From the IMG/VR virus record IMGVR_UViG_3300038423_000131: 30,546 nucleotides of DNA; one strand, given 5' to 3'. The stretch is from an uncultured virus (IMG/VR IMGVR_UViG_3300038423_000131). Taxonomy: Duplodnaviria; Heunggongvirae; Uroviricota; Caudoviricetes. Below the pieces are notes generated by a model that saw only the letters and a list, made by a program, of their open reading frames with translations, was not told the DNA's origin and did no database searches. Below are positions 1 to 9,560 of the stretch, piece after piece; within the stretch, counting starts at the first letter, position 1, and each line of letters starts with the position of its first letter. The translations under genes and the position numbers were made by a program.

Positions 1-1
1 A

Positions 2-466
2 TCTGAATCTATATTAATGAATTTTTATGTTGAATCAAGAAATATACAGTTACCCGATGACCCTGTACCTATAAGTGCCAGATATTTTGAAGGGCTTATA
101 AGAATCGCACAGGCACACGCTAAAGCATTGTTTAAAAATGAAGTTGATGTGGATGACGCTAATGCCGCCGTAAGACTATTAAGTGCGTCTTTAAGGCAGA
201 CATGTAAGTTTCAATCGTCAGGTGCAAATATAAACCTTATAGCTAATCCTGTAACAACTAAAATGGGAAAAGAAGGTCTCTTGCTGGATGCACTTGATAA
301 GGCAGGAACTTTAACAGAAGACGATTGGAAGGACATAGGTAAGATTAATGGAATATCAGAAGATGATTTCAAGAAAACAGTTAATGCATTGCTTAATCAG
401 GGCAAATTAATTAGAATAACATTTGCTCCGCCAACATATCAATTGTCATCAAAAAGTAATAGGTGA
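2..466 (+). CDS. mcm: MCM replicative helicase, C-terminal part (AAA+ lid/sensor-2 and winged helix); 5' end lies outside the window
   Basis: PISARYFEGLIRIAQAHAKALFKNEVDVDDANAAVRLL matches the MCM sensor-2/lid pattern (I[ST]xRxLExLIRxAxAxAK...VxxxDxxxAxxL). The frame is open from base 2, so ATG17 is probably internal. Confidence 0.8.
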   Translation, partial: SESILMNFYVESRNIQLPDDPVPISARYFEGLIRIAQAHAKALFKNEVDVDDANAAVRLLSASLRQTCKFQSSGANINLIANPVTTKMGKEGLLLDALDKAGTLTEDDWKDIGKINGISEDDFKKTVNALLNQGKLIRITFAPPTYQLSSKSNR

Positions 467-515
467 TAAGCAAGCTATATTAATGGGGAAAAAGAAGAAA
501 TATAAGTCGTTGGTT

Positions 516-758
516 TTAATGGCTATTCATATAAGCTATCAAAGCAGTTCTCATAGTTACATACTTTGCTTCACATGGTATGTAGTAAGTATAATCGCCA
601 GCCGAATATCCTAAAGCACCATTTATAGCATCCCATAAGTCTTGTTCTTCGCATACTATGAAGTCTTTAACGGTAAGAGTAAATAGACTTTCAAGTTTTG
701 CCTTTGCCATTCCATCGTCTCCCACGATGAAATCTTTAATACTATATACATAGGTCAT
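516..758 (-). CDS. hypothetical protein (80 aa) with an internal repeat (IKDFIV/VKDFIV)
   Basis: ORF with GGTG RBS and its own minus-strand BRE/TATA (796-808), divergent from the glycosyltransferase operon. Confidence 0.7.
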   Translation of the reverse strand: MTYVYSIKDFIVGDDGMAKAKLESLFTLTVKDFIVCEEQDLWDAINGALGYSAGDYTYYIPCEAKYVTMRTALIAYMNSH

Positions 759-852
759 TTCATATACACCTTTTAATAAATGTTAGTTAAGCAAGTATTT
801 AAATCTTTTGTTTGTAATTATCATTTCTTTACAATTATTGATAAAAGATGTA

Positions 853-869
853 ACCGAAACATTTATATT
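853..869 (+). promoter_or_regulatory. archaeal BRE+TATA promoter (ACCGAAACA-TTTATATT), representative of about 20 in the window
   Basis: The same purine-rich BRE plus TTTA[TA]A pattern recurs ahead of operons at about 7351, 8578, 10463, 12205, 14646, 15805, 15901, 17075, 19193, 22268, 24891, 26388, 28596, 29330 and 29768. Confidence 0.7.
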
Positions 870-909
870 TAAGTTTACATTAACTATAACCATTATGGAG
901 AGTTAAAAG

Positions 910-2244
910 TTGCGGATTTGTCTTATAACAGAGTTTAATCAGGAAAATTATTACCAATGGAGAGAAGCATGGAGTGTTGATATGCAAATTAAACTTCAAA
1001 CCCTTGTAGAAACTGTAGTGATAAATCCCTCAACATTACATTCTCATAATGATGATAGTTCATATTGGAACCCATTAAGAAATGCAGATTTAGTTTTTGT
1101 TTATATTAGTAGATGTAATGCACCAAATTATCCATATGAACGTAATGGTAAACAAGAATATTGGAATTGGTGGAATTTACCAAGAGTAGCTAAACAATTT
1201 ATGAAGCCCGAAGCCAAGATGATTGCACAAACTGATGATGAATGGATATGGCTTGAACATCCAAAATGGATGTGGTGGGGTAATAAGCCAGTAGATAATT
1301 ATGGTGGAGCAGACCAATTCTTTAAAAATAACAAAATACTTGAAATACCCGATATATGGTTTACAGTTTTAGAGAATCCATATTGGAAAAAATATACTTC
1401 TAAACCAAACAAATATATGCCACTTCCCCACTTATGGAGATACATCAAAGAAATCCATAAAGCAGATATAAAATATTCCAATAATGGACTATTAAACATG
1501 CATCATAAGACATTGGCTCTTTTAAGACATTCAAGTAGTGTATCTGATATATATTCATCAATTAAATATGTTGCTGAACCACTTAATTTATCAGTTACAT
1601 ATTTTTCAACTTGTTGGACTGACCCACATATCCCTAAATTTAATGTTCCAGTTACAACAGAACTTTTTGTTAATAGAGACCGATATATGGAATTACTTAT
1701 AGATAATTGTATGGTTGCTATTGATGATTGTAGTAAATATATAGGTTGGTCAAGGTTTGCTATGGAATGTGCGATGTCGTATGTGCCATGTATAGGTTCA
1801 AATTTTGCAGTTAAATTGTTTTTCCCAGAATTATATACAGAACATGAAGATTATTCTAAACAAATTGAATTAATTAAACAATTGCTTAATGATAGCCAAT
1901 TTTATAAGAAGATTGTTGATGATGCACATTATAGAATGGCTATTCATCTTAATCCAGAAAGATTATGTGGAGAAATGTTAAAAATAATAAGAGAAGAACT
2001 TCAACCTAAAGAATCAGATGTTAATATTGAGCGTGAATTATTGAAAGTTATACTTAGAAAAACTTTACCATTTTCTATGATTCCAAGAAGACCATCCATA
2101 AATCAAGAAATTTTTGATGATATTCATCATACAAGATGTAATCAGCAACAATGGGATATATGGTACAATCATTTTGCAGAAATTATAAATAATGATGAAT
2201 TATATAAGGAAATAATTCAGGAAGTATTACATGAAAATAAATAA
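910..2244 (+). CDS. GT-B fold (GT4-like) glycosyltransferase with a C-terminal extension
   Basis: GWSRFAMECAMSYVPCIGSN resembles the GT4 nucleotide-binding motif (FGxxxxEAMAxGxPVIxS). Preceded by BRE/TATA at about 853-869 and a GGAG RBS. Confidence 0.7.
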   Translation: MRICLITEFNQENYYQWREAWSVDMQIKLQTLVETVVINPSTLHSHNDDSSYWNPLRNADLVFVYISRCNAPNYPYERNGKQEYWNWWNLPRVAKQFMKPEAKMIAQTDDEWIWLEHPKWMWWGNKPVDNYGGADQFFKNNKILEIPDIWFTVLENPYWKKYTSKPNKYMPLPHLWRYIKEIHKADIKYSNNGLLNMHHKTLALLRHSSSVSDIYSSIKYVAEPLNLSVTYFSTCWTDPHIPKFNVPVTTELFVNRDRYMELLIDNCMVAIDDCSKYIGWSRFAMECAMSYVPCIGSNFAVKLFFPELYTEHEDYSKQIELIKQLLNDSQFYKKIVDDAHYRMAIHLNPERLCGEMLKIIREELQPKESDVNIERELLKVILRKTLPFSMIPRRPSINQEIFDDIHHTRCNQQQWDIWYNHFAEIINNDELYKEIIQEVLHENK

Positions 2245-2863
2245 TGTGTTAGTAGTTGAGCCGCATCCTGACGATGGAATAATCGGTTGTGGCGGTACAA
2301 TTGCAAAATTGATACGGGAGAATCCAAAAATTAATACTTCTGATATATATTTCTGCCCCTGTTTTGAAGACCCAAGAAATAAAGGTAATCTTGAGGAACA
2401 TATTAAGTCATTGAATATTCTTGGTGTAAATGAAATACTTTATGCTGGAGAAATGCCAAGAAATGAATATTTAGAAACCCATAAGCAAGAATGTAGAGAT
2501 ATACTTTATAGAATTCGTGAAAGTTATTGTCCAGAAATAGTTTTTTGCCCAACTCCGCATGATTTCCATCAAGACCATAATGTAGTAACTCAATGTTGTA
2601 AATTAATATTTAAAGACACATCATGTATATTTGGATATGAAGTTATCAGAAGTGTTACTCCCTCATTTAAACCTAATATGTTCATGATTTTAAATAAATC
2701 AGACGTTTCAAAGAAAATCAAAGCATTAGAAGAATGGAAATCTCAACTAAATTATAGATTTTATTTTAAGAAAAATAATTTTATTGCTAATATGCGTTAT
2801 CGTGGTATTCAAGCTAAAACAGAATATGCAGAGGGGTTTGAGACATTATGGTTGAGGGTTTGA
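2231..2863 (+). CDS. PIG-L/LmbE family N-acetyl-sugar deacetylase
   Basis: VLVVEPHPDDGIIGCGGTIAKL and HQDH metal-binding motifs. Confidence 0.9.
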   Translation: MKINNVLVVEPHPDDGIIGCGGTIAKLIRENPKINTSDIYFCPCFEDPRNKGNLEEHIKSLNILGVNEILYAGEMPRNEYLETHKQECRDILYRIRESYCPEIVFCPTPHDFHQDHNVVTQCCKLIFKDTSCIFGYEVIRSVTPSFKPNMFMILNKSDVSKKIKALEEWKSQLNYRFYFKKNNFIANMRYRGIQAKTEYAEGFETLWLRV

Positions 2864-2865
2864 AT

Positions 2866-4188
2866 ATGAGCGAATTAATTATCGGTACTGGAAGACCAAT
2901 TAATTCTAATATTAAAATATTTATAGGTACTCCTTTCTGCAATGAAAACCACTCAATTGATAAGTATATGGAATCCTTAAAAAATATTGATTATCCAAAA
3001 AGTTTACTTGATGTTTTATGGATTGAAAATAATAGTTCAGATAACACTTGGGAAATGCTGAATAAATATTATGATGAGTTTAAAAATTATCGTTATCATT
3101 CAATAAGGTTAATTCGTAAAAAAGGCAATTATAAAAACCTAATTAAATGTAAACCAGAAGATGTTGCTTGTGGTAAAATCTCAGAAAATAATAGTTATAC
3201 GGTTAGAAGAATACGGGCAGAACATTTGGCATCTTTATTCAACCTCATAATGGATGAAAGCATAGAATATAAATGTAATTACTGTCTTACTTTGGTAGCT
3301 GATATAATGGTTCCACCAAATATAATTAATAAATTTTTAGAAGATTTTGAAATACTTCCAGATTGCGGTTGGATAGGTGGAGTTTTGCATAAGAGATTTC
3401 CATCTCAATATAAAAAACCAAACGAGGGTCCAAATATAAAAGGTTTGGCAAGTCCAGTTATGAAAATATTAGATAGTGAACCTACACCTGTAGGCTATAA
3501 AGAAGAATGGATGAATAGAAGGAAAAAATATAGACTTGCATATTATGAGAAGAAATATCCAGATTATTATACTTATCCATATGGATTCTATACAATGATA
3601 GATGAAGATTTAATTAATAGATATAACATTGGAGATGGAATATTCGAATGTTGTTTAGCTGGTCATGCTTGGATGGTTCCAGATTATATAATAAATAAAG
3701 GATTAAGAGTTCGTTTTGCATTAGTGGAATCTGGTTTAGATTGTGAAGTCCAATTGTCCAAAATGTGTTATAAAATGTATTGTGATAGTCATGTTTATAT
3801 CAAACATATTTCTGTAGATGGAAAAATTTGGGTCAATATGATTGGCGACAAAATTATTTATATGGAAGAAAATACCAAAAAACAAGATATTGATAAATCA
3901 ACAGGTAAACAAGAAGCCGAGAAATTGACAACTAAACAAGAAGTTGAAAAACCAATAATTAAACAAAAAATTGATGATTTAACTAAGATACAAGGACCAA
4001 CTGATAATGAATTAGAAAAATATTTAAAATGTAAAAAGTTATATAATGACCATTGCTATACTATACCTGATAGACCGCCAAGTAATGGAACAATTAGAGA
4101 CCCATTATTGAATAAAGAATTAAATCAGGAAGCATGGGATAAAATTTATGGGAAGTGGGTAAAATATATGGTGGAGAAACATAAATGA
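2866..4188 (+). CDS. GT-A fold (GT2-like) glycosyltransferase with charged linker and C-terminal module
   Basis: IFIGTPFCNE...NIDYPK...IENNSSDNT and xAD motif. ATG2866 follows a GAGGG RBS (track start is 2848). Confidence 0.8.
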   Translation: MSELIIGTGRPINSNIKIFIGTPFCNENHSIDKYMESLKNIDYPKSLLDVLWIENNSSDNTWEMLNKYYDEFKNYRYHSIRLIRKKGNYKNLIKCKPEDVACGKISENNSYTVRRIRAEHLASLFNLIMDESIEYKCNYCLTLVADIMVPPNIINKFLEDFEILPDCGWIGGVLHKRFPSQYKKPNEGPNIKGLASPVMKILDSEPTPVGYKEEWMNRRKKYRLAYYEKKYPDYYTYPYGFYTMIDEDLINRYNIGDGIFECCLAGHAWMVPDYIINKGLRVRFALVESGLDCEVQLSKMCYKMYCDSHVYIKHISVDGKIWVNMIGDKIIYMEENTKKQDIDKSTGKQEAEKLTTKQEVEKPIIKQKIDDLTKIQGPTDNELEKYLKCKKLYNDHCYTIPDRPPSNGTIRDPLLNKELNQEAWDKIYGKWVKYMVEKHK

Positions 4189-5018
4189 AGACTATATTAG
4201 TTATAGGTCTCGGAGAAGTTGGAATAGCACTCTACGAAATAATAAAAGAAAGTGATAAATATGAAGTTTATGGTTTAGACTTAACAATTAATTTGAATCA
4301 ACAAATTCCAAACAAGGTTGATATTATGCATATTTGTTATCCGTATGTTAATGATACATTCGTAAAGTCAGTAATACAATATGTGGGCTTATATAATCCT
4401 GAACTTCTCATAATAAATTCAACCATTAAACCGAGAACAATATCCGAAATTTCTAAACGATGCCAATGTAAAATTGCATTTTCTCCCGTTTTTGGTACAC
4501 ATAGAGGAAAAGAATATTTTAAAAACGAAATTAAATATTATGGTAAATTCGTAGGTGGAATAGATGAAGAATCAACTAAACTTACAATGGAACACTTTAA
4601 TAAGATAAGTATATTTACAATAGGAACTAAAAGCCCTCTTGAAGCAGAAATCATAAAACTTTATTGCACAACCTATTATGGAATGATTGTTGCTTTGTCT
4701 CAAGAATTTCACAGATTTTCACGGTCAATGGGAGCAGATTATGAAGAAGTAATTAAAGGCATAAGTTATTTGCATAGTAAAGCATTCAATAAACCGCCAG
4801 CTTACCCAGATGCTATAGGTGGTCATTGCGTTTTGCCGAATATGGATATTATTTTGAGTTGCTACGACTCTGATTTAATTAAGTCATTGGTTAAATCAAA
4901 CAATAAACGTAAAGACGAAATTAAAGACCCAAATATACGGGCTGAAATGGAAAGAGTTAAAGTTATAGTTGATAAATTTTGGAGCGATTTGCGTGATAAA
5001 ACCAGAAATAAAGAATGA
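4185..5018 (+). CDS. UDP-glucose/GDP-mannose dehydrogenase family protein (short form, apparently lacking the C-terminal domain)
   Basis: GLGEVG Rossmann motif, IINSTI, EAEIIKL, catalytic GGHC motif. Confidence 0.85.
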   Translation: MKTILVIGLGEVGIALYEIIKESDKYEVYGLDLTINLNQQIPNKVDIMHICYPYVNDTFVKSVIQYVGLYNPELLIINSTIKPRTISEISKRCQCKIAFSPVFGTHRGKEYFKNEIKYYGKFVGGIDEESTKLTMEHFNKISIFTIGTKSPLEAEIIKLYCTTYYGMIVALSQEFHRFSRSMGADYEEVIKGISYLHSKAFNKPPAYPDAIGGHCVLPNMDIILSCYDSDLIKSLVKSNNKRKDEIKDPNIRAEMERVKVIVDKFWSDLRDKTRNKE

Positions 5019-5832
5019 GATTTATGCTTGCTATATAGTTTATAATGAGGCAGATAAAATAGCAATTAGCCTAAATTCCATACTTCCATATGTAGATAAA
5101 GTCATAATGGTTGATGGAGCATTCAAGAGTTACCCACATGACAATCCTCAATCAACTGACGGAACAAAAGCGGTTGCAGAAAAGATTTGCGGTGATAAAC
5201 TCATATGGATAGATTGTTCTAAGGCTTGGATTAGTGAAGGAACAAAACGAAATGAATACTTAAAATACATACCAGAAGGAGCATGGTTTTACATTCTCGA
5301 TGCGGATACTATTTGGTTTGGTGATATTAAATCATTATCAGATAAAATACGAATTAATGATACAATTGATGGTAATTATATTGGATGGGTGAAATTGTTA
5401 AACTTTTATCCAATATTGACAGAAAATCCATATAAATTAACTGCAATAAAGGTATTAAATGAGAATGATAAATTTATACCTGAATATAGAGATTTAACAA
5501 AGAATAAGAAAGGTTGGTATGAAAATTTAGTTGATGTTAGAAAGGGTAAAGGTCCAGTTTCTTATGTAAATTGGATTGGTTTCTATTACTATGTTTGGGG
5601 AGTTTACAGAAAAGTCAATGGTATGGAATATAATGATAAATATCATTCAAAGTTATTTGTTGGCGATATAGAACTTATTGAAAAAATACATGCAATTCCA
5701 CCAGTTGGACAGAAGTGGGATTTTATTCCTAATATTCTTGCTATAAATATGAAGTTTCTTAATACATTTGATAGATATTTTTCTAATCAAGATTTTAAAG
5801 CAATTACGCATAGAATGGAGAGAACCGAATAA
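4969..5832 (+). CDS. GT2-like glycosyltransferase (likely start GTG4993)
   Basis: YIVYNEAD...VDKVIMVDG...STDGT...KRN...WFYILDAD (DxD). Confidence 0.8.
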   Translation: MINFGAICVIKPEIKNEIYACYIVYNEADKIAISLNSILPYVDKVIMVDGAFKSYPHDNPQSTDGTKAVAEKICGDKLIWIDCSKAWISEGTKRNEYLKYIPEGAWFYILDADTIWFGDIKSLSDKIRINDTIDGNYIGWVKLLNFYPILTENPYKLTAIKVLNENDKFIPEYRDLTKNKKGWYENLVDVRKGKGPVSYVNWIGFYYYVWGVYRKVNGMEYNDKYHSKLFVGDIELIEKIHAIPPVGQKWDFIPNILAINMKFLNTFDRYFSNQDFKAITHRMERTE

Positions 5833-6704
5833 TGAGTATTAAGATTGGAAAAAATTGTAAATTAGGAAAAATTAAATTCAACTCAAGTGCAGAAGTAAAT
5901 ATTGGAAATAATTGTATAATACAGGATAACGTAATTATAGATGTTGATGAAAGATTAGTTTTAGGAGATAGAAGTTATATTGGTAGGAATAGCGAAATTC
6001 ATGGTAGAGATATAGAGTTTGGAATAGAAGCGTATTTGGATGACTATGTTTTTATTGGCGGTGGAAGTTGCAAGGAGAAACTATCACAATTCAAGGCAGG
6101 TTACTGGTTACATCTCGACAGAAATGTTGCCATAAATACATCAAGAAAAGTTGAAATAGGAAATGAAGTAGGCATAGGACACTCAAGTTCCTTATTTACT
6201 CATGGGGCATATCTAAGTTGGTTAGAAGGATTTCCTGTTCAATGGGGTCCAATAACTATAGGTTCACATGTATATATTGCCTCATCTACTATCTTGCCTA
6301 ATGTCAAAATTGGCAATAATGTTGTTGTAGCATGTATGTCATTAATAAATAAGGATGTGCCAGATGGCTGTTTAGTGGGTGGAATTCCAGCACATATTAT
6401 AAAGGATAATTGTTATCCACAAAAGTTTACTGATAAAGAGATTGAACAAAGGATTGATGAGTTAGTAACACATTTTATTACTAACATAATTGGTTATAGT
6501 GGTGGTCCAAAAAAGATTGTAATTGACGGCGACAATAAAAAAAGATTGTATGTTGATGATTGTATGACATTATTTGATTTTGAAAATATGCGTATTGATG
6601 GACCTGCAACCGAATTATGTGAAAAATTCAAAAATGAATGCCGTAGATATGGCGCAAGGTTTAAATACTACATTGACAATAATGGTATGTATAAGAGTTG
6701 GTAA
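5832..6704 (+). CDS. hexapeptide-repeat (LbH) acyltransferase
   Basis: IGxN hexapeptide repeats, catalytic-type FTH, and ILPNVKIGNNVVV...KDVPDGCLVGGIPA. Confidence 0.85.
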   Translation: MSIKIGKNCKLGKIKFNSSAEVNIGNNCIIQDNVIIDVDERLVLGDRSYIGRNSEIHGRDIEFGIEAYLDDYVFIGGGSCKEKLSQFKAGYWLHLDRNVAINTSRKVEIGNEVGIGHSSSLFTHGAYLSWLEGFPVQWGPITIGSHVYIASSTILPNVKIGNNVVVACMSLINKDVPDGCLVGGIPAHIIKDNCYPQKFTDKEIEQRIDELVTHFITNIIGYSGGPKKIVIDGDNKKRLYVDDCMTLFDFENMRIDGPATELCEKFKNECRRYGARFKYYIDNNGMYKSW

Positions 6705-7342
6705 AAATGATTGATGATGCACCAGTTGAGTTTGCTAAGAATGATGATGGAGTATTTAATATTATAGAGCGTAATGTTCATATAGGTTATAATAGATTAA
6801 CTAAACTTAGGGCAGGATATACAAATAAACCAGTTAAAATAGGAAAGAACTTTCACGTTAGGTCTGGAACAGTAATTTATGCAGGCTGTATAATTGGTGA
6901 TAATGTTAAAATAGGTCATAATGTTATTTTAAGAGAATTTACAGAAATAGGAAATAATTCAACTATAGGTAGCGGCGTGATTTGTGAAGGATATACGCAT
7001 ATTGGACATGATACTATAATTCATGCTCAAACTCATTTAACCGCATTGATGTGGATAGGTGACTATGTGTTCATAGGACCAAAAGTTACAACTGCGAATG
7101 ATAGATTTCCGCATTGGTATCGCCCTAATCTTAGTGAACCAAGACATATCGGACCATTCATAAGTAGTGAAGTCGTAATCGGTGCTGGAGCAATTCTTCT
7201 TCCAGAAACTAAAATAGGTCAAGGTTCAATTATTGGTGCAGGTTCAGTAGTCACTAAAGATGTTTCTCCATATGAGTTGTGGATTGGGAACCCAGCTAAG
7301 TATTATAGGGATGTAAAACAAGAAGAGAAGGTAAAGATATAA
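6698..7342 (+). CDS. LbH sugar N-acyltransferase (WbpD/WxcM-like)
   Basis: Hexapeptide repeats, FIGPKVTTANDRFP, IGAGSVVTKDVSPYELWIGNPAK. Confidence 0.85.
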   Translation: MVKMIDDAPVEFAKNDDGVFNIIERNVHIGYNRLTKLRAGYTNKPVKIGKNFHVRSGTVIYAGCIIGDNVKIGHNVILREFTEIGNNSTIGSGVICEGYTHIGHDTIIHAQTHLTALMWIGDYVFIGPKVTTANDRFPHWYRPNLSEPRHIGPFISSEVVIGAGAILLPETKIGQGSIIGAGSVVTKDVSPYELWIGNPAKYYRDVKQEEKVKI

Positions 7343-7391
7343 CCGAAAGATTTAAATACTTGTTCTCTATTATAAATAATATGGTGTATTA

Positions 7392-7877
7392 ATGAATAGA
7401 AAAGAATATCTTCAAAATTATAGATTAACACATAAAAAAGAAATAAGTGATTATAGATTAAAAAATATATATAAAATCCGAGAAAATAATCGAAGATGGC
7501 GAAAAACTCATAAGGAAGAAATTAAACTAAAAGAACAAAAAAATTATTTAGACAATAAAGAAGAACGATTAAAATCTTCTAAATTACAATATCAAAAAAT
7601 GAAGGAAAAGGTTACTAAAGAAGTAATTAAATATTATAGTAGTGGTACAATGGCTTGTGCTAATCCATTCAATGAACATAAAGAACCATACACCAATATT
7701 TTGGCATTAACATTAGACCATATTGAAGGTGGTGGGCATAAACATAGAAATAATATAAAACGAAGTGGTGCACATTTTTATAGATACTTACAAAAACAAG
7801 GTTATCCAGATGGTTATAGAGTATTGTGTATGAATTGTCAATTTATAAAATTTAAAACAGAGGATGTTAAAAAGTGA
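7392..7877 (+). CDS. free-standing HNH-type endonuclease
   Basis: Basic helical N-terminus, then LTLDHIEGGG...GYPDGYRVLCMNC; own TATA at 7351. Confidence 0.75.
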   Translation: MNRKEYLQNYRLTHKKEISDYRLKNIYKIRENNRRWRKTHKEEIKLKEQKNYLDNKEERLKSSKLQYQKMKEKVTKEVIKYYSSGTMACANPFNEHKEPYTNILALTLDHIEGGGHKHRNNIKRSGAHFYRYLQKQGYPDGYRVLCMNCQFIKFKTEDVKK

Positions 7878-8575
7878 TTGTTTTTATTGTTGGTGGTTCT
7901 AAAGGAATAGGAGAAGCAATAGTTAAAGAATTCTGTAAATCTACGGGGAATACTATTTATTTTTCATATAATGAACATAAGGAAGAAGCCGAAAAAATAA
8001 GAGAGTATATTTCTCATAGTGGTAATATTCCTAAAATGTTACATTTAGATGTAACTGATAGAAAAGAAATAAAGGATATAAAATTTGATGAGAAAATAGA
8101 TTATTTAATTAACAATTTTGGGATAGTTCGAGATAGAACATTATCAAAAATGACTGACGAAGAATGGGATGATGTAATAAATACTAATTTAACTGGCGTG
8201 TTTAATGTTACAAAAGCATTTTTGCCATATATAAATGATGGTGGATGTATAATTAATATGGGAAGCATAATCGGAGTAACTGGTAATTTCGGTCAATGCA
8301 ACTATGCCGCTTCTAAAGCAGGCGTAATAGCATTCACTAAATCATTGGCTAAAGAGTTGGCTAAAAGAAAAATAAGGGTTAACTCTGTATCGCCGTCATT
8401 TGTCAATACTGATATGACACAAAATATGTCGCCTGAACAATACGCTAAAATAATTGACCGTATGCCATTTAAGCGTATGATTACAACCGAAGAAATAGCA
8501 AAGTTCGTTGTCTTCTTAGCTAAAGATGCAACTTGTTGTACAGGTGAAAATTATATCATTGGCGGATTAGAGTAA
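7874..8575 (+). CDS. FabG/PhaB-like short-chain dehydrogenase/reductase
   Basis: GGSKGIG, INNFGIVRD, GNFGQCNYAASKAG (YxxxK), VSPSFVNTDMT. Confidence 0.9.
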   Translation: MIVFIVGGSKGIGEAIVKEFCKSTGNTIYFSYNEHKEEAEKIREYISHSGNIPKMLHLDVTDRKEIKDIKFDEKIDYLINNFGIVRDRTLSKMTDEEWDDVINTNLTGVFNVTKAFLPYINDGGCIINMGSIIGVTGNFGQCNYAASKAGVIAFTKSLAKELAKRKIRVNSVSPSFVNTDMTQNMSPEQYAKIIDRMPFKRMITTEEIAKFVVFLAKDATCCTGENYIIGGLE

Positions 8576-8617
8576 AGTTTATAAGGGAGAATGCTATATT
8601 AGTTTCAGGGATTAATA

Positions 8618-8875
8618 ATGAAATGGGTATTACATACATATAAAGTTACACTTAAACAAAGGATTAAACACCTATTACATGCATTTCAAGAATTTATATT
8701 TCCTGTGATGTGGTGTATTGAAATTGAGGATGAAATTATGAAGACATATAAAGCAGGTTATAGACCTGAATGGTATGATGGTGTTGGTCTATATTTTGGT
8801 GGTTGGCTTGCTGGAATACAATATGATGTTGAATGTGCAGTAAGGGGCTATTGGCAAGGATATGGATTAGAATGA
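8618..8875 (+). CDS. hypothetical protein
   Basis: ORF after TATA at about 8578; ATGA-coupled to the next gene. Confidence 0.6.
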   Translation: MKWVLHTYKVTLKQRIKHLLHAFQEFIFPVMWCIEIEDEIMKTYKAGYRPEWYDGVGLYFGGWLAGIQYDVECAVRGYWQGYGLE

Positions 8876-9249
8876 TTATCATAATATGCGGAGATAGACA
8901 TTGGAGCGACTCATATACGATTGACCACTACTTAGCATCTCTTCCGCATGATGGAACAGTAAAAATCGTTGAGGGTGATTGTGTCGGAGCAGATAAGATA
9001 GCTGGAATTTTAGCTCATAGACATGGTTTCGAAGTCATAGCCGAAAAAGCAAAATGGGAGAAATTCGGCAATTATGCTGGACCACTCCGAAATAATGCTA
9101 TGGTTCATATGTATGAACCTGAATTAGTCGTTGCATTCCACAACGATATACAAAATAGTAGAGGAACAAAGAATATGATTACGGTTGCGAAACTATGTGG
9201 AATTCCAACAAGGATAATCACATCGAAAGAATATGAGGAAAGTGGATAA
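8872..9249 (+). CDS. SLOG superfamily protein (YspA/DUF2493-like)
   Basis: IIICGDRHW, IVEGDCVGAD, AKWEKFGNYAGPLRNNAM, VVAF...SRGTKNM. Start at the ATGA overlap 8872 (track start is 8833). Confidence 0.85.
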   Translation: MIIIICGDRHWSDSYTIDHYLASLPHDGTVKIVEGDCVGADKIAGILAHRHGFEVIAEKAKWEKFGNYAGPLRNNAMVHMYEPELVVAFHNDIQNSRGTKNMITVAKLCGIPTRIITSKEYEESG

Positions 9250-9430
9250 TATGAGTATTACAGATGGTAAAATATTAAGAATGACTCTTAAAACAAGGAT
9301 ATATCTTAAACTATACCATTTTTTTAATTGGTTTAATCGCATACCACAATACTTTATTACCCATTGCGATTGTGAAGACGAATTAGAAGAAGTAGAATAT
9401 CAAATTGAAAAAGCATGTATGAGTGAATAA
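9233..9430 (+). CDS. hypothetical protein
   Basis: ORF in a tightly packed operon. Confidence 0.5.
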   Translation: MRKVDNMSITDGKILRMTLKTRIYLKLYHFFNWFNRIPQYFITHCDCEDELEEVEYQIEKACMSE

Positions 9431-9431
9431 G

Positions 9432-9560
9432 ATGCCTAAAGAACAAAAATTTAATCTTAAAGTTCATTTGCAACAGGGTTGGAAACTTGACTCGAAAACT
9501 CTCAAAGAAATGCTTGAAAGAGACACAATATTGAGAGTTGATGAGGTTGAAGAAATATGA
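9432..9560 (+). CDS. hypothetical microprotein (42 aa, MPKEQKFNLK...), not in the ORF track
   Basis: Fills the gap exactly and is ATGA-coupled to the NUDIX gene. Confidence 0.55.
   Translation: MPKEQKFNLKVHLQQGWKLDSKTLKEMLERDTILRVDEVEEI

Noticed and set aside
423..614. 63-aa plus-strand ORF after MCM
   Set aside because: It overlaps both the MCM end and the better-supported minus-strand gene 516-758.
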